Source of the DNA: Trueperaceae bacterium
GTDB lineage: Bacteria > Deinococcota > Deinococci > Deinococcales > Trueperaceae
DNA: 64,000 bases
Assembly (NCBI GenBank): GCA_965213925.1
Contig: OZ243927.1
Location: 2,688,001-2,752,000, forward strand
Direction of reading: 5' to 3'
Shown piece after piece: positions 48,072-58,347 of the stretch (position 1 is its first letter; every line of letters starts with the position of its first letter). Under the pieces are notes generated by a model. That model was not told where the DNA came from and ran no database searches. It saw only the letters and a list, made by a program, of their open reading frames with translations. The position numbers were made by a program, and so were the translations under genes.

Positions 48072-48091
48072 CTTTAGTCACGATTCGATTC

Positions 48092-49501
48092 TTAGAGGTC
48101 GAAGTACATCTCATACTCGATCGGCGACGGGCGCAAGCGGGCCGCGTCCACGTCCTCGCGCTTGAGTTCGATATAGCTCGCCAAGAGGTCGTCGGTAAAG
48201 ACGCCGCCTTCCAAGAGGAAGCTGCTGTCTTTCTCTAAAGCGTCGAGCGCCTCTTCCAAGCTCCTGGGAAGCTGCTTGATGCGCCGCGCTTCTCTAGCGG
48301 AGAGCGCGTAGAGATTTTTGTCCACGGGCTTAGGCGGCTCCAGCTCGCGCTTGATGCCGTCCAAACCAGCCATCAGCATGGCGCTAAAGGCGAGGTACGG
48401 GTTCGCCGTGGGGTCGGGCGCACGGTACTCGACGCGCTTGGCTTTGGGCGAGCTTGAATACATCGGCACGCGCACGATAGCGCTCCGGTTGCGCGCCGAA
48501 ATAATGAGGTTGACGGGCGCTTCGTAGCCGGGGACCAAGCGGCGGTACGAGTTCACGCTCGGGTTGGTCAGCGCGGCGAGTGCGGGACCGTGCGTCAGGA
48601 GACCCGCGACGTAGTGCATCGCCATCTTAGATAAGCCGGCGTAACCATCTTCGTCGTAAAAGAGCGGCTCGCCGTCCTTCCAGAGCGATTGGTGGACGTG
48701 CATCCCCGAGCCGTTATCGCCGGAGATCGGCTTAGGCATAAAGGTGGCGGTTTTACCGAACGCCGTCGCCGTGTTGCGCACCACATACTTATATTTGATG
48801 ATGTGGTCCGCCACGGCGAGGAGCGTGTCGAACTTCATGTCGATCTCGGCTTGCCCGGCCGTCGCCACCTCGTGGTGATGAACCTCGATAGGGATGCCGA
48901 TGCCCTCTAACTCCTTGACCATCGCGCTGCGCAGGTCCTGGTATTTGTCCGAAGGGGCGCACGGGAAGTAGCCGCCCTTAGGCTTGACCCAGTAGCCGTC
49001 GCCGACTTCGTCGGGGTCGGTGTGGGCGTCCACGGCGAAGATGCGGTAGCCGAAGTTGTAGGGGTCGGTGCTGTAGGTGACGCCGTCGAAGATGAAGAAC
49101 TCGGCTTCCGGTCCCATAAAGGACGTGTCGGCGATGCCCGAATCCTTGAGGTGCGCCTCGGCGCGCTTGGCGACGCCGCGCGGGTCTTTGCTGTAGAGTT
49201 CGCCGGAAATGGGGTCGGAGATGTCCGCGATCAAGACGAGCGTCTTGTGCGCGGTGAAGGGGTCGACGAATGCGCTGCTCGGATCGGGCGTTAAGAGCAT
49301 GTCCGAGGCTTCGATCTGCTGAAAGCCTTCGATGGACGAGCCGTCGAAACCTAAGCCCTCATCGAAGGCGTCGTCGTCGAAGCCGCTCACCGGCAAGCTG
49401 AAGTGCTGCCAGCGCCCCGCGACGTCAGTGAAACGGATGTCGATGAATTCGACATCCTCGTCTTGGACAAATTTAAGGGTTTCTTTGGCGTTTTGGAACA
49501 T
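48092..49501 (-). CDS. glnA: Glutamine synthetase type I-beta
   Basis: Motifs FDGSSI, HHEVATAGQ and TFMPKP..GDNGSGMH; beta-type insert; adenylylation motif DKNLY. Confidence 0.93.
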   Translation of the reverse strand: MFQNAKETLKFVQDEDVEFIDIRFTDVAGRWQHFSLPVSGFDDDAFDEGLGFDGSSIEGFQQIEASDMLLTPDPSSAFVDPFTAHKTLVLIADISDPISGELYSKDPRGVAKRAEAHLKDSGIADTSFMGPEAEFFIFDGVTYSTDPYNFGYRIFAVDAHTDPDEVGDGYWVKPKGGYFPCAPSDKYQDLRSAMVKELEGIGIPIEVHHHEVATAGQAEIDMKFDTLLAVADHIIKYKYVVRNTATAFGKTATFMPKPISGDNGSGMHVHQSLWKDGEPLFYDEDGYAGLSKMAMHYVAGLLTHGPALAALTNPSVNSYRRLVPGYEAPVNLIISARNRSAIVRVPMYSSSPKAKRVEYRAPDPTANPYLAFSAMLMAGLDGIKRELEPPKPVDKNLYALSAREARRIKQLPRSLEEALDALEKDSSFLLEGGVFTDDLLASYIELKREDVDAARLRPSPIEYEMYFDL

Positions 49502-49533
49502 GGAAGGGCCACCTCTCGTGTGAAATCCGTCTC

Positions 49534-49575
49534 AATATATCGAGTGACTTGCATAATGTCAATGTTATTTTGACC
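49534..49575 (-). promoter_or_regulatory. sigma70 promoter of glnA (TTGACA-17-TATATT) overlapped by the palindrome GTCAA-N7-TTGAC
   Basis: Minus strand reads GGTCAAAATAACATTGACA-TTATGCAAGTCACTCGA-TATATT. Confidence 0.6.
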
Positions 49576-50032
49576 ACGCGTCCTATTTCAGCTCGACAAA
49601 ATGTAAAATTTTCGGGATACTCGAGCTGCCAAACCGTAAATTAAGAAGAAGACGTATGTTTTTCGAACACAGCGTGTCAATTCTGAAGTATACCTATGTC
49701 GCGAGCCGCGACGAAATGTAGCACCAGATAAGCTTATCATTTCTGTACAAACGTGCAGAGAAATGAACACGCGTTTTCAGAAAAAGCTCGAGAATACCGG
49801 TAAGTGACTTGACATCGGGCACCCTTGCGCGTCATGCTCAGCACAGTTTGGTTTGTTTTGGTGTCAGAGTGCACCGAGACGAGGTGTCGCAGATTTTTTC
49901 TTCATAACGTACGTGTTGAGCGGCATTTTACAGCGCGAGAGCGGTCCTGACCACGTTTCACTCGGCGAACGCTTAGATGCGCACCGAGCGTCAGCGAGAC
50001 CGACAATACCTGCTATCTCTAGGAGGCTTCAT

Positions 50033-51373
50033 ATGGCAGCATCTCAATCCGAAATTCAGGCAACGCTTCAAAACGAAGGCGTGCAATTCTTGCGGCTCCA
50101 GTTCACCGACATCATGGGACATAATAAAAACGTCGAGGTGCCCGCCTCGCAGTTCGAAAAGGCGTTGGACGGCGAAATGATGTTCGACGGCTCGTCGGTC
50201 GAGGGCTTTACCCGCATCGAAGAGTCCGACATGCTCTTAAAGCCCGACTTCGAGACCTTTCTGGTTTTTCCCGACCTCATCGAAGATGCCGGGCGGGGGC
50301 GCGTCGCTCGCCTGATTTGCGACATCACCTACCCCGACGACACGCCCTTCGAGGGCGACCCGCGCCACATCTTAAAGCGCCAAGTCGAGCGCCTGCACAA
50401 GCTGGGCTTCGACGACATGTACGCAGGGCCGGAGCCGGAATTCTTCCTTTTCGAGCGCGATATGAATGGCGGTGTGACCACTGTAACCCACGACGCCGCC
50501 GGGTACTTCGACCTCGCGCCCGTAGACAGAGGGGAGGAGGCGCGGCGCGACATGGTCAATGCGCTCGTCGAGATGGGCTTCGAAATCGAGGCGGCGCACC
50601 ACGAGGTCGCGCCGGGTCAGCACGAGATCGACTTCAAGTACGACAAGGCGGTCGCCACTGCCGACTCGATCGCCACCTTCCGCTTGGTCGTCAAGCGCGT
50701 CGCCATGAACCACGGGCTCCACGCGACCTTTATGCCCAAACCCGTCGCGGGCATCAACGGCTCAGGGATGCACACGCACCTCTCGCTCTTCAAGGATGGC
50801 AAAAACGCCTTTTTTGATGAAGGTGCGGAGCATCAGCTTTCACAGACGGCGCTCCACTGGATCGCTGGACTTTTAGAACATGCCAGCGGCATGGTCGCTC
50901 TAACGAATCCTATCGTCAACTCGTATAAGCGCCTCACGCCAGGCTTCGAAGCGCCTACCAACATCGCCTGGTCCGCCTCGAATAGGAGCGCGATGATCCG
51001 CATTCCGGCGCGGCGCGGCGTCGGCACGCGCAGCGAACTCCGTATGCCCGACCCTACGTGTAATCCGTACTTAGCGCTCGCCGCGATGCTCGCCGCCGGC
51101 ATCGACGGTTTAGAAAACAACCTGACGCCGCCGCCCCCCATCCAGCGCAACATCTACGAAATGAGCGTGCGCGACCGCCGCAAGCACAAAATCAAAGAGC
51201 TGCCGGGGACGCTCCGCGAAGCGGTTCAAGCCTTACGTAAAGACAGAGTGATGAAAAAGGCCTTAGGCGAACATGCGTTCAATCACTTTTTAGACGCGAA
51301 GACGATGGAGTTCGACGCCTACAGAGTGACGGTGCACGACTGGGAACTGCGGGAGTATCTGGCAGAGTTCTAG
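50033..51373 (+). CDS. glnA: Glutamine synthetase type I-alpha
   Basis: Motifs LRLQFTD, FDGSSVEGFTRIEESDM, HHEVAPGQHE and NGSGMH; lacks the beta insert; RBS AGGAGG. Confidence 0.92.
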   Translation: MAASQSEIQATLQNEGVQFLRLQFTDIMGHNKNVEVPASQFEKALDGEMMFDGSSVEGFTRIEESDMLLKPDFETFLVFPDLIEDAGRGRVARLICDITYPDDTPFEGDPRHILKRQVERLHKLGFDDMYAGPEPEFFLFERDMNGGVTTVTHDAAGYFDLAPVDRGEEARRDMVNALVEMGFEIEAAHHEVAPGQHEIDFKYDKAVATADSIATFRLVVKRVAMNHGLHATFMPKPVAGINGSGMHTHLSLFKDGKNAFFDEGAEHQLSQTALHWIAGLLEHASGMVALTNPIVNSYKRLTPGFEAPTNIAWSASNRSAMIRIPARRGVGTRSELRMPDPTCNPYLALAAMLAAGIDGLENNLTPPPPIQRNIYEMSVRDRRKHKIKELPGTLREAVQALRKDRVMKKALGEHAFNHFLDAKTMEFDAYRVTVHDWELREYLAEF

Positions 51374-51447
51374 GCTTAGTCAGGGGTTGGGATTTAGTCG
51401 TCAGCAGCGTTAAGCTCGACCAGATGAACGCTGCTGACGGCTCGCCC

Positions 51448-52245
51448 TCACGCATTCTCCTCCAATGACTCGTCGCTCCGCCGCCTGTCCCAGACAACGT
51501 ACGCCACAAAGACCGCCAAGCTCACTACGGAGACCCATAAAAGACCAGTCTCGAGCCGCTCAATATCCGCGCCCAACCAAGCGATGAGCACCGTAAGGGG
51601 CAAGGTGCCCACCGCCGTCGCCACAATAAAGCGCAAGTAGCCCATCTCCGCGAGTCCCGCGACCAAACTCACCGCGTCGGTGGACAGAGCGGGGGAGACC
51701 CTAGCCGCAATCACGGCCCACACGCCGTACTCGTGCACAAACCCCTCCATCTTTTGCTCGGTGCTCTGACCGATAAGCTTGTCCACCGTCACCGGACCTA
51801 GCGCCCGCCCGATCGCGAAAGCTACCGTCGCTGAAACGAGCAGCCCCGCCCAGGTGAGCACGCCGCCCCAGAAGGGACCGAAGGCGAGCACCGTCACCAC
51901 CATGATGATGACCGAAGGGACAAACGCGATTATGGTCTGCATGATCATCAGCAGCAAAATCACGACAGGTCCCCACGCGCCGAAACCGTCTACCCACTCT
52001 TCCAGGCGCTGCCGGTCGCCACTTAGCGAGATGCTAACCGCGGTATCGACGAAATCCCGAAAACCGGGCCAGATAAAGTAGAGCAGCGCGAAAAAGACGA
52101 GTAGCCCCAGAGGGACGAGCCAGGTCAGCTTGCTCTGTTCGCGCTGCTCGCCCGACCGTGGTTTGCCCAAAGGCTGTTTGCTTGTGCTCGCCTGTTCACC
52201 GCTACGGTTTTGCTCGCTGACCTCTTCGCTCCTTCGTTCGCTCAC
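51448..52245 (-). CDS. TVP38/TMEM64 (DedA-like) membrane protein
   Basis: Motifs FGPFWGG, AFAIGRALG and ARVSPALSTDAVSLVAGL; start uncertain. Confidence 0.85.
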   Translation of the reverse strand: MSERRSEEVSEQNRSGEQASTSKQPLGKPRSGEQREQSKLTWLVPLGLLVFFALLYFIWPGFRDFVDTAVSISLSGDRQRLEEWVDGFGAWGPVVILLLMIMQTIIAFVPSVIIMVVTVLAFGPFWGGVLTWAGLLVSATVAFAIGRALGPVTVDKLIGQSTEQKMEGFVHEYGVWAVIAARVSPALSTDAVSLVAGLAEMGYLRFIVATAVGTLPLTVLIAWLGADIERLETGLLWVSVVSLAVFVAYVVWDRRRSDESLEENA

Positions 52246-52577
52246 GTTGCGCCCCCAACTTCCGATACAAGGCTCTATTGCACCCAAAATTACATTACGT
52301 CGTCAGCATAGCGTAGGGCGGCGCGTGGAGAGTGCAGGCTCGAGGACAAAATAGGGCGCAGTGAGCGAGAGCGAGCTATGACGCTGAATGTGTGAGCGGA
52401 GTATTAGGAGACGTCTGACGGTTACGTAATGTCATCCCCTCTCTCACTGACTTGACAGTATCTTACGTGTAAAGAATTGCCATTCGGAGGGCTCGAGCGC
52501 AGCTTCATGAACCTCTCTTGACGCCCACCTGCCGTCCGAACGAGCCCTCCGCGTGCTACGCTGACGCAGGGGTACCC

Positions 52578-53675
52578 GTGACCGATTCGTTAAGCCGCGC
52601 ACTACTTATTATCATCACCATCATCCTGGGCGTAGCGGCGCTTAGCCTGGCGCAGCCCATTCTCATGCCGCTCGCTTTCGCGGGCGTGCTCGTCATCCTC
52701 TTTCAACCCTTACAGCGCTGGCTCAATAAACACATGCCAACGTGGTTGAGTCCCTTTCTCGTGACCTTTGTGGTGTTGGCGCTGCTGGGGCTCTTCTGGG
52801 CGATTCTCTCCTACAGCGTGTCGGTTGTCGCCGTCGAGGTGCCCGACTACTCGGAGCGTTTTGAGGCGAGGATTCAGGCGTGGGAGGCGCAACTTTCCCG
52901 CCTCGGCGTCTCGCTGCCCGGAGCCGGAGACGAGGGCTCCTCGGCGCAGCTTGTGCAGGGGGTGCTCAGCGCGATAGGCAGTGTGGCGACGTCCTTTAGC
53001 AGTACCATCTTAGTGGTGACGGTGCTGCTCTTTTTGCTTTTAGAACTCGGTCCGCTGCGCTACAAGTTAGAACGGGTTATGGGCCAGGCGGACCGCCAAA
53101 AGTTCGCCCAAGCGCTCCGCCAGATGACCTGGAAGCTCTCACGCTACGCTTGGGTGACGGTGCTCATCAGCCTCGTCACGGGTCTTCTGACGACGCTCTG
53201 GTGTATGCTCTTGGGCATCGAATTCGCCTTTGTATGGGGTGTCATCAGCTTTTTATTAAACTTTGTGCCGACCATCGGCTCGATCATCGCAGTGGTGCCG
53301 CCCACGCTCTTTGCGTTCGCCTTTGGCGGCGTGGGTTTAGGTGTCGCGGCGCTTTTAGGGCTCGGCACGATGCAGTTCACGACGGGCAACTTCGTCGCGC
53401 CTAAGTTCATCGGCGAGGCGCTCCAGCTCTCCCCGCTGGTGGTGCTTTTAGCGGTCGTCTTTTGGGGCTGGCTCTGGGGCATCGGCGGGGCGATCATCGG
53501 GGTGCCCCTCACGATGGCGATCGTGCTGGTATGTCAGGAGTTCGAAGGGCTACGCAACATCGCGGTGCTGCTCAGCCAACCTAAGGTGGTGGACGATGTG
53601 GCGGTTCTCGAGCAGGCCCAGCTCAGCCCGTCGGGTCAAGCGGTCAAGAAGGTGGCAGAGAAGGGCGCGGAGTAG
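52578..53675 (+). CDS. AI-2E family transporter
   Basis: Motifs FLLNFVPTIGSI, LSPLVVLLAVVFWGWLWG and GVPLT. Confidence 0.88.
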   Translation: MTDSLSRALLIIITIILGVAALSLAQPILMPLAFAGVLVILFQPLQRWLNKHMPTWLSPFLVTFVVLALLGLFWAILSYSVSVVAVEVPDYSERFEARIQAWEAQLSRLGVSLPGAGDEGSSAQLVQGVLSAIGSVATSFSSTILVVTVLLFLLLELGPLRYKLERVMGQADRQKFAQALRQMTWKLSRYAWVTVLISLVTGLLTTLWCMLLGIEFAFVWGVISFLLNFVPTIGSIIAVVPPTLFAFAFGGVGLGVAALLGLGTMQFTTGNFVAPKFIGEALQLSPLVVLLAVVFWGWLWGIGGAIIGVPLTMAIVLVCQEFEGLRNIAVLLSQPKVVDDVAVLEQAQLSPSGQAVKKVAEKGAE

Positions 53676-53992
53676 CGGCTGAGCTAGCAGCGAAAGGGGT
53701 TGCAGTTCTGACGATGAGGAGGTGCAAGGGAGATGGGTAGAAAAAGCGCCGGCACCTTTCCTCATCCCCTACCTCCCCATCATCCAACGCTGCACCGCGT
53801 CCTTTATGTCATCTAGCCCTTGCCAGTAATTGAGCTTTTATGTCAACATTAAGTCCATTTCCGGTTAATGTTAATTAACCCGAGTGTAGCGAGTAGAAAT
53901 AAGTACGGGTTCCGGTTGGAACGGCGTAAATCCCGCTAGGGTTTATAGCGTGTATAACTGGAACCTGTAAAAGCCGATTTGGAGGACTGACG

Positions 53993-54847
53993 ATGGATTA
54001 CGCCAACCCCGATGTACTCGTTTCAACCGACTGGGTCCTGGAGCACCACCAGGACGATAACGTGCGCGTCTTGGAGGTGGACGAAGACGTACTCTTGTAC
54101 GACACTGGCCACATCCCCGGTAGCCAGAAGATCGACTGGCTCTTAGACCTCTGGGACGACACCATGCGCGAATTCGTTCAACCTGATGAGTTGGCGCAAC
54201 TTTTTGAGCGCTTGGGCGTCTCGAACGACACCACGATCATCCTCTATGGTGACAAGAACAACTGGTGGGCGGCGTACGCCTTCTGGTTCTTTAAGTATAG
54301 CGGGCATGAGGACGTACGGCTTATGAACGGCGGGCGGGTCAAGTGGACCTTGGAGGACAAGCCCATCTCAAATGACGTGCCAAGCTATGAAAAAGGTTCC
54401 TACACGCCCGGTCAGCGCAACCCCGACTTTAGAGCCTTCAAAGATGAGGTCTTGTCGCATATCGACAAGGTCAAAGCTGGTCAGGGCGCGATGGTGGACG
54501 TGCGCAGCCCCGGCGAATTCAGCGGCGAGGTCACGCACATGCCCAACTACCCGCAAGAGGGCGTCTTGCGCGGCGGTCACATCCCCGGCGCGAGCAACAT
54601 CCCTTGGGCGAGAGCCGCGAATGAGGACGGCACCTTCAAAAGCGCAGACGAACTCAAAGAGATTTATGACGCCGAGGGCGTCACAGGCGACAAGGACATC
54701 ATCGCGTACTGCCGCATCGCCGAGCGCAGCTCGCACTCATGGTTCGTCCTCAAGTACCTCTTAGGCTACGAGAACGTCAAGAACTACGACGGCTCCTGGA
54801 CCGAGTGGGGCAACAGCGTGGGTGTACCCATCGAGAAGGGGAGTTAG
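53993..54847 (+). CDS. Two-domain thiosulfate sulfurtransferase (rhodanese, SseA/CysA-like)
   Basis: Motifs LVSTDWV, GHIPG (twice), active site YCRIAERS and NYDGSWTEW. Confidence 0.93.
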   Translation: MDYANPDVLVSTDWVLEHHQDDNVRVLEVDEDVLLYDTGHIPGSQKIDWLLDLWDDTMREFVQPDELAQLFERLGVSNDTTIILYGDKNNWWAAYAFWFFKYSGHEDVRLMNGGRVKWTLEDKPISNDVPSYEKGSYTPGQRNPDFRAFKDEVLSHIDKVKAGQGAMVDVRSPGEFSGEVTHMPNYPQEGVLRGGHIPGASNIPWARAANEDGTFKSADELKEIYDAEGVTGDKDIIAYCRIAERSSHSWFVLKYLLGYENVKNYDGSWTEWGNSVGVPIEKGS

Positions 54848-54881
54848 GCGCTCCAGCGCGTCTAAGCGCAACTAGTTATAT

Positions 54882-54920
54882 AGGTGCCGACAAGCGTTAG
54901 AAACGTTTGTCGGCACCTTT
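54882..54920 (+). terminator. Hairpin terminator after the rhodanese gene
   Basis: AGGTGCCGACAA...TTGTCGGCACCT followed by TT. Confidence 0.6.
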
Positions 54921-54942
54921 GTGCGTCCGTTATACTCGGCGC

Positions 54943-55533
54943 ATGTCCTTGACCCTACGCGCGCTTACTGGCACTCAAATTCACGACTACCTGGACGCCC
55001 TCGCGGACCTGCGCATCAGAGTGTTTAGAGAATGGCCCTACCTCTATGAGGGCGACCGAGAGTACGAGGCGCGCTACCTCAAGGCGTTCGCCGAGGCGGA
55101 CGGCGCGCTGCTCGTCGCCGCTTTTTCAGGCGAACACCTCATCGGCGCGTCGACGGCGCTACCTTTAGCGCACGAACACGAGGCGCTCCGTCACCCCTTC
55201 GGGAGTGCGGAGGTTGCGCCCGTCACCGATTGGTACTACCTCGCCGAATCCGTCTTGCTCCCGGACTACCGCGGTCAGGGCGCAGGGCGTCGCTTCTTCG
55301 AGATGCGCGAGTCCCACGCTCAAGAGTTGGGCTTCGCGCGCACCTGCTTCGCCGCGCTGCAGCGCGGCGATGACGACCCGCGCCGCCCCGAGACCTACCG
55401 CGACCTCGCCCCCTTCTGGCGTCGGCTCGGCTACGCCCCCCGCCGTGACTTGACGGCGCACCTCGCGTGGCGCGAAGTCGGCGAACAGGAGGAGACGCCC
55501 AAGCCGCTCATGTTCTGGCTTAAAAACTTGTAG
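54943..55533 (+). CDS. GNAT family N-acetyltransferase
   Basis: Motifs LRIRVFREWPYLYEG and ESVLLPDYRGQGAG; TATACT 6 nt upstream of ATG. Confidence 0.88.
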   Translation: MSLTLRALTGTQIHDYLDALADLRIRVFREWPYLYEGDREYEARYLKAFAEADGALLVAAFSGEHLIGASTALPLAHEHEALRHPFGSAEVAPVTDWYYLAESVLLPDYRGQGAGRRFFEMRESHAQELGFARTCFAALQRGDDDPRRPETYRDLAPFWRRLGYAPRRDLTAHLAWREVGEQEETPKPLMFWLKNL

Positions 55534-55882
55534 CAGCCCGACGCCGCTCCACCACGCATATAAACACCATCTCGAGCGCCACGGACAGCTTTAACTGAAC
55601 GTTGTGACCCAGTCCCCACGATGACTCGACGCTCGAAAGACAGCACCCCGCGACACCTCCTAAATCAGAAAAAGACAATGTTTAGAAGATGGCTTCTAGC
55701 GTATAACGCGGCGCATTGTCCGACAGCATCACTGGAGCTGCCCTACTCGAAATAAAAATATCACAAGCTAGAGTATTGTGAATTTTATCTTTTACGGTAG
55801 TTTATCGGAAGTTCCAGCCATACTACTTTTAGCGTTTAGGTCGACGAGCCCTACGCTTCGTGCGCTTCATATGGTCGCGCGG

Positions 55883-56824
55883 TCAAGAGACGACGTTCTC
55901 GAGTTCCTCCCCCGCCAAATAGCGTTCGACGTTGCGCCTTATCAGGTCAGCCGCGCCGCGCGGCCTACCCCCGGCGGCGTGCGGCGAGATAAAGGCGTTA
56001 TCCAGGTCCCAGAGAGGCGAGTCGCTCGGCAGCGGCTCCGTCTCGAACACGTCTAACACTGCGCCCGCGAGGGTCCCTTCTCGCAGAGCGCGAGCGAGCG
56101 CCGCTTCGTCGACCGTGTCGCCGCGCCCGACGTTGACGAGCCAAGCGTGGGCGGGCAACTGCCCTAACGTTTCACCGCTGAGCGCGTGCTTGGTCGCCTC
56201 ATTCGAGGGCAGAATCATCACGAGCGCGTCCGTCTGCGGCAAGAGCGCCGCTAGGTCCTCCTCACGGCGCACCGGGAAACCGGCGCGTTCCCCTTCGCTG
56301 CGGGCGACGCCCGTGACCTTCGCGCCGAGCATCGCCAGAAAAGGCGCGAGCGTCTGCGCGATGCTGCCGAAGCCCCAGATGGTCACGTTGGCGTCCTCTA
56401 AGGTGCGAAAATCCCCTTCGGGTTTAACAGGTTGTACGCCGCCGAGTTCGCCCGGCCAACGCGTCTCACGCTGCGCGTCGCGCATCAGATGAAAGCGCCG
56501 CGCGGCGACGAGCAAAAGTCCTAGCGTGTGCTCCGCTACCGTCCGGTCGTGCAAGCCGCTCCCGGACGTGACGGTAATCTCGGAATCAAACCCCGCTCCC
56601 AGCACCTTATCCGGTCCCGCCGCCAGCGACTGAATCCATCTGAGTTTCGTCAAACGCTGCGCCGCGCCACTTAGCATCTCGGGCGTGTTGCCCCACACGA
56701 CGAGCACCTCGGCGTCCTCGTGCTCGGCGGGGAGCTTCTGGTCGACTTCGTAGGGGTGCGCCTCGACCTCTTGGGGTAACGCGGCGAGGTCGAGGTCGGT
56801 CGAGGTAGGATAGAGAAGTTTCAT
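55883..56824 (-). CDS. D-isomer-specific 2-hydroxyacid dehydrogenase
   Basis: Motifs WGFGSIA, VNVGRG, LDVFETEPLP and SPHAAG; TAAAGT 6 nt upstream. Confidence 0.9.
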   Translation of the reverse strand: MKLLYPTSTDLDLAALPQEVEAHPYEVDQKLPAEHEDAEVLVVWGNTPEMLSGAAQRLTKLRWIQSLAAGPDKVLGAGFDSEITVTSGSGLHDRTVAEHTLGLLLVAARRFHLMRDAQRETRWPGELGGVQPVKPEGDFRTLEDANVTIWGFGSIAQTLAPFLAMLGAKVTGVARSEGERAGFPVRREEDLAALLPQTDALVMILPSNEATKHALSGETLGQLPAHAWLVNVGRGDTVDEAALARALREGTLAGAVLDVFETEPLPSDSPLWDLDNAFISPHAAGGRPRGAADLIRRNVERYLAGEELENVVS

Positions 56825-57016
56825 AGCGTTACTTTAGCAGGTTCGCCTGCCAAACCTTTTGATGTGCTGAATTGCCCCGCTGCTTGCAAAGCGTCCTATT
56901 GACGACGTAACCTGCTCCAAAAGGGCACTCGAGCTGCAACTCACTTGAGCCCCTTGGCGCTATCATCGACGTAATATCGTATCGGTTTTACAAACCGCGT
57001 AGAGGTGAGGAGACGT

Positions 57017-57865
57017 ATGGTCAAGTTCGGTGCGCACGCATTTATTTGGACAGGCGACTGGAACCCGGAGGCGGGCGACGAGGTCATCGTTTTAGCCGCG
57101 GAGACCGGTTTTGACTTTCTCGAGATTCCCCTCCTGGAGCCTCACAGTTTTGACGCCAAGAGGCACCGCCAGACGCTCCAAAGCGCGGGGTTAGGGGCGA
57201 CCTGCTCACTCGTTTTGCCTGAGGACGCCCATATGCCCGAGCAGCCGGAAGCGGCAAAAACCTTTTTGCTGCGCGCCTTGGATCAAGTCGAGGCTTTGGG
57301 GAGTCGTTATCTAGGTGGCTGCATCGCCTACCACTTAGGATATCTGACGGGTGCGCCGCCCACGTCCGAAGAGCGAGAGACGGTGGTGCGGGTGCTCAAA
57401 GAGGTCGCGGCGGAGGCGCAAGCGAGGAACATCACCTTGGCGCTGGAAGCGTGCAACCGTTACGAAACGTATCTTTATAACACCCTCGCGGACACAAGAG
57501 CGACCATTGTAGAGGTCGGCGCGTCCAACCTCAAGCTCCACGCCGATACCTACCACATGAACATCGAAGAGGAGGGTTTTGAGACGCCTATCGTCGCCTC
57601 CGCCGACGTGCTCGACTACGTCCACATGAGCGAGAGTCACCGGGGCGCGGTGGGTACGGGCACGGTGAATTGGAACGAGGTGTGGTCGGGCTTGGCGAAG
57701 ATCGACTTCGGGGGCAGTCTCGTGCTGGAATCTTTCGCCGCCATCAACCCGACCTTAGCCGCGGCGACGTGCGTGTGGCGTCCGCCGAACGAACCCTCTG
57801 ACGTGATCGCGAGAGAGGGTTTAGCCTTTCTCAAGGCGGGCGCACAGAAGCACGGTCTTCTCTAA
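57017..57865 (+). CDS. Sugar phosphate isomerase/epimerase (D-psicose/D-tagatose 3-epimerase family)
   Basis: Motifs EACNRYE, DTYHMNIEE, HMSESHRG and VLESF. Confidence 0.88.
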   Translation: MVKFGAHAFIWTGDWNPEAGDEVIVLAAETGFDFLEIPLLEPHSFDAKRHRQTLQSAGLGATCSLVLPEDAHMPEQPEAAKTFLLRALDQVEALGSRYLGGCIAYHLGYLTGAPPTSEERETVVRVLKEVAAEAQARNITLALEACNRYETYLYNTLADTRATIVEVGASNLKLHADTYHMNIEEEGFETPIVASADVLDYVHMSESHRGAVGTGTVNWNEVWSGLAKIDFGGSLVLESFAAINPTLAAATCVWRPPNEPSDVIAREGLAFLKAGAQKHGLL

Positions 57866-57991
57866 GGTGTTTGATTAAGAGGCTTAGTCGTGTACAAAGC
57901 CCTCCTCGAGCCTTTCTCCAGGAAGAGCGGCGAGACATCACGAGTTAGGTTGAGAAGCAGCGCCGAAGCTGGTAATGCACCGCCGCTAAAG

Positions 57992-58289
57992 TAGACCTCT
58001 TGCAAACGTACCACCTCATCCAGTGATTGCGTTTGTACAGATGCCGGTTGATTACCCCATAAACTCCGTTATGAAATTTTGCCTTTCGCATTCGCGAAAA
58101 CTGCGTAACCGGCAAACGCTTCGCGCTTCGTTGGAGTTGATTCCGTGCTCATCGGAATCCGTAATCTTTTCAACTCGTTACACTCCGGGTAACTCCCGTA
58201 GGAATTACCCGGAAACGGTATTACTCGTATTCGTTCCACTCGGCAAAAGCGGAAGCCAGACAGACGCCTGCTTCTTCGCAAGAGGTCTA
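57992..58289. mobile_element. MITE-like element (298 bp) with 15-bp terminal inverted repeats
   Basis: TAGACCTCTTGCAAA ... TTCGCAAGAGGTCTA (14/15); internal nested hairpins; no transposase. Confidence 0.65.
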
Positions 58290-58347
58290 GTACATAGGAC
58301 TAGTACATAGGAACAGTTGGGTCGCGAGGCTGCGGAAGACTAAAACG

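Noticed and set aside
53845..53975. Inverted repeats upstream of the rhodanese gene (AACATTAA-N12-TTAATGTT)
   Set aside because: A plausible operator, but a single instance with no recognisable regulator consensus.
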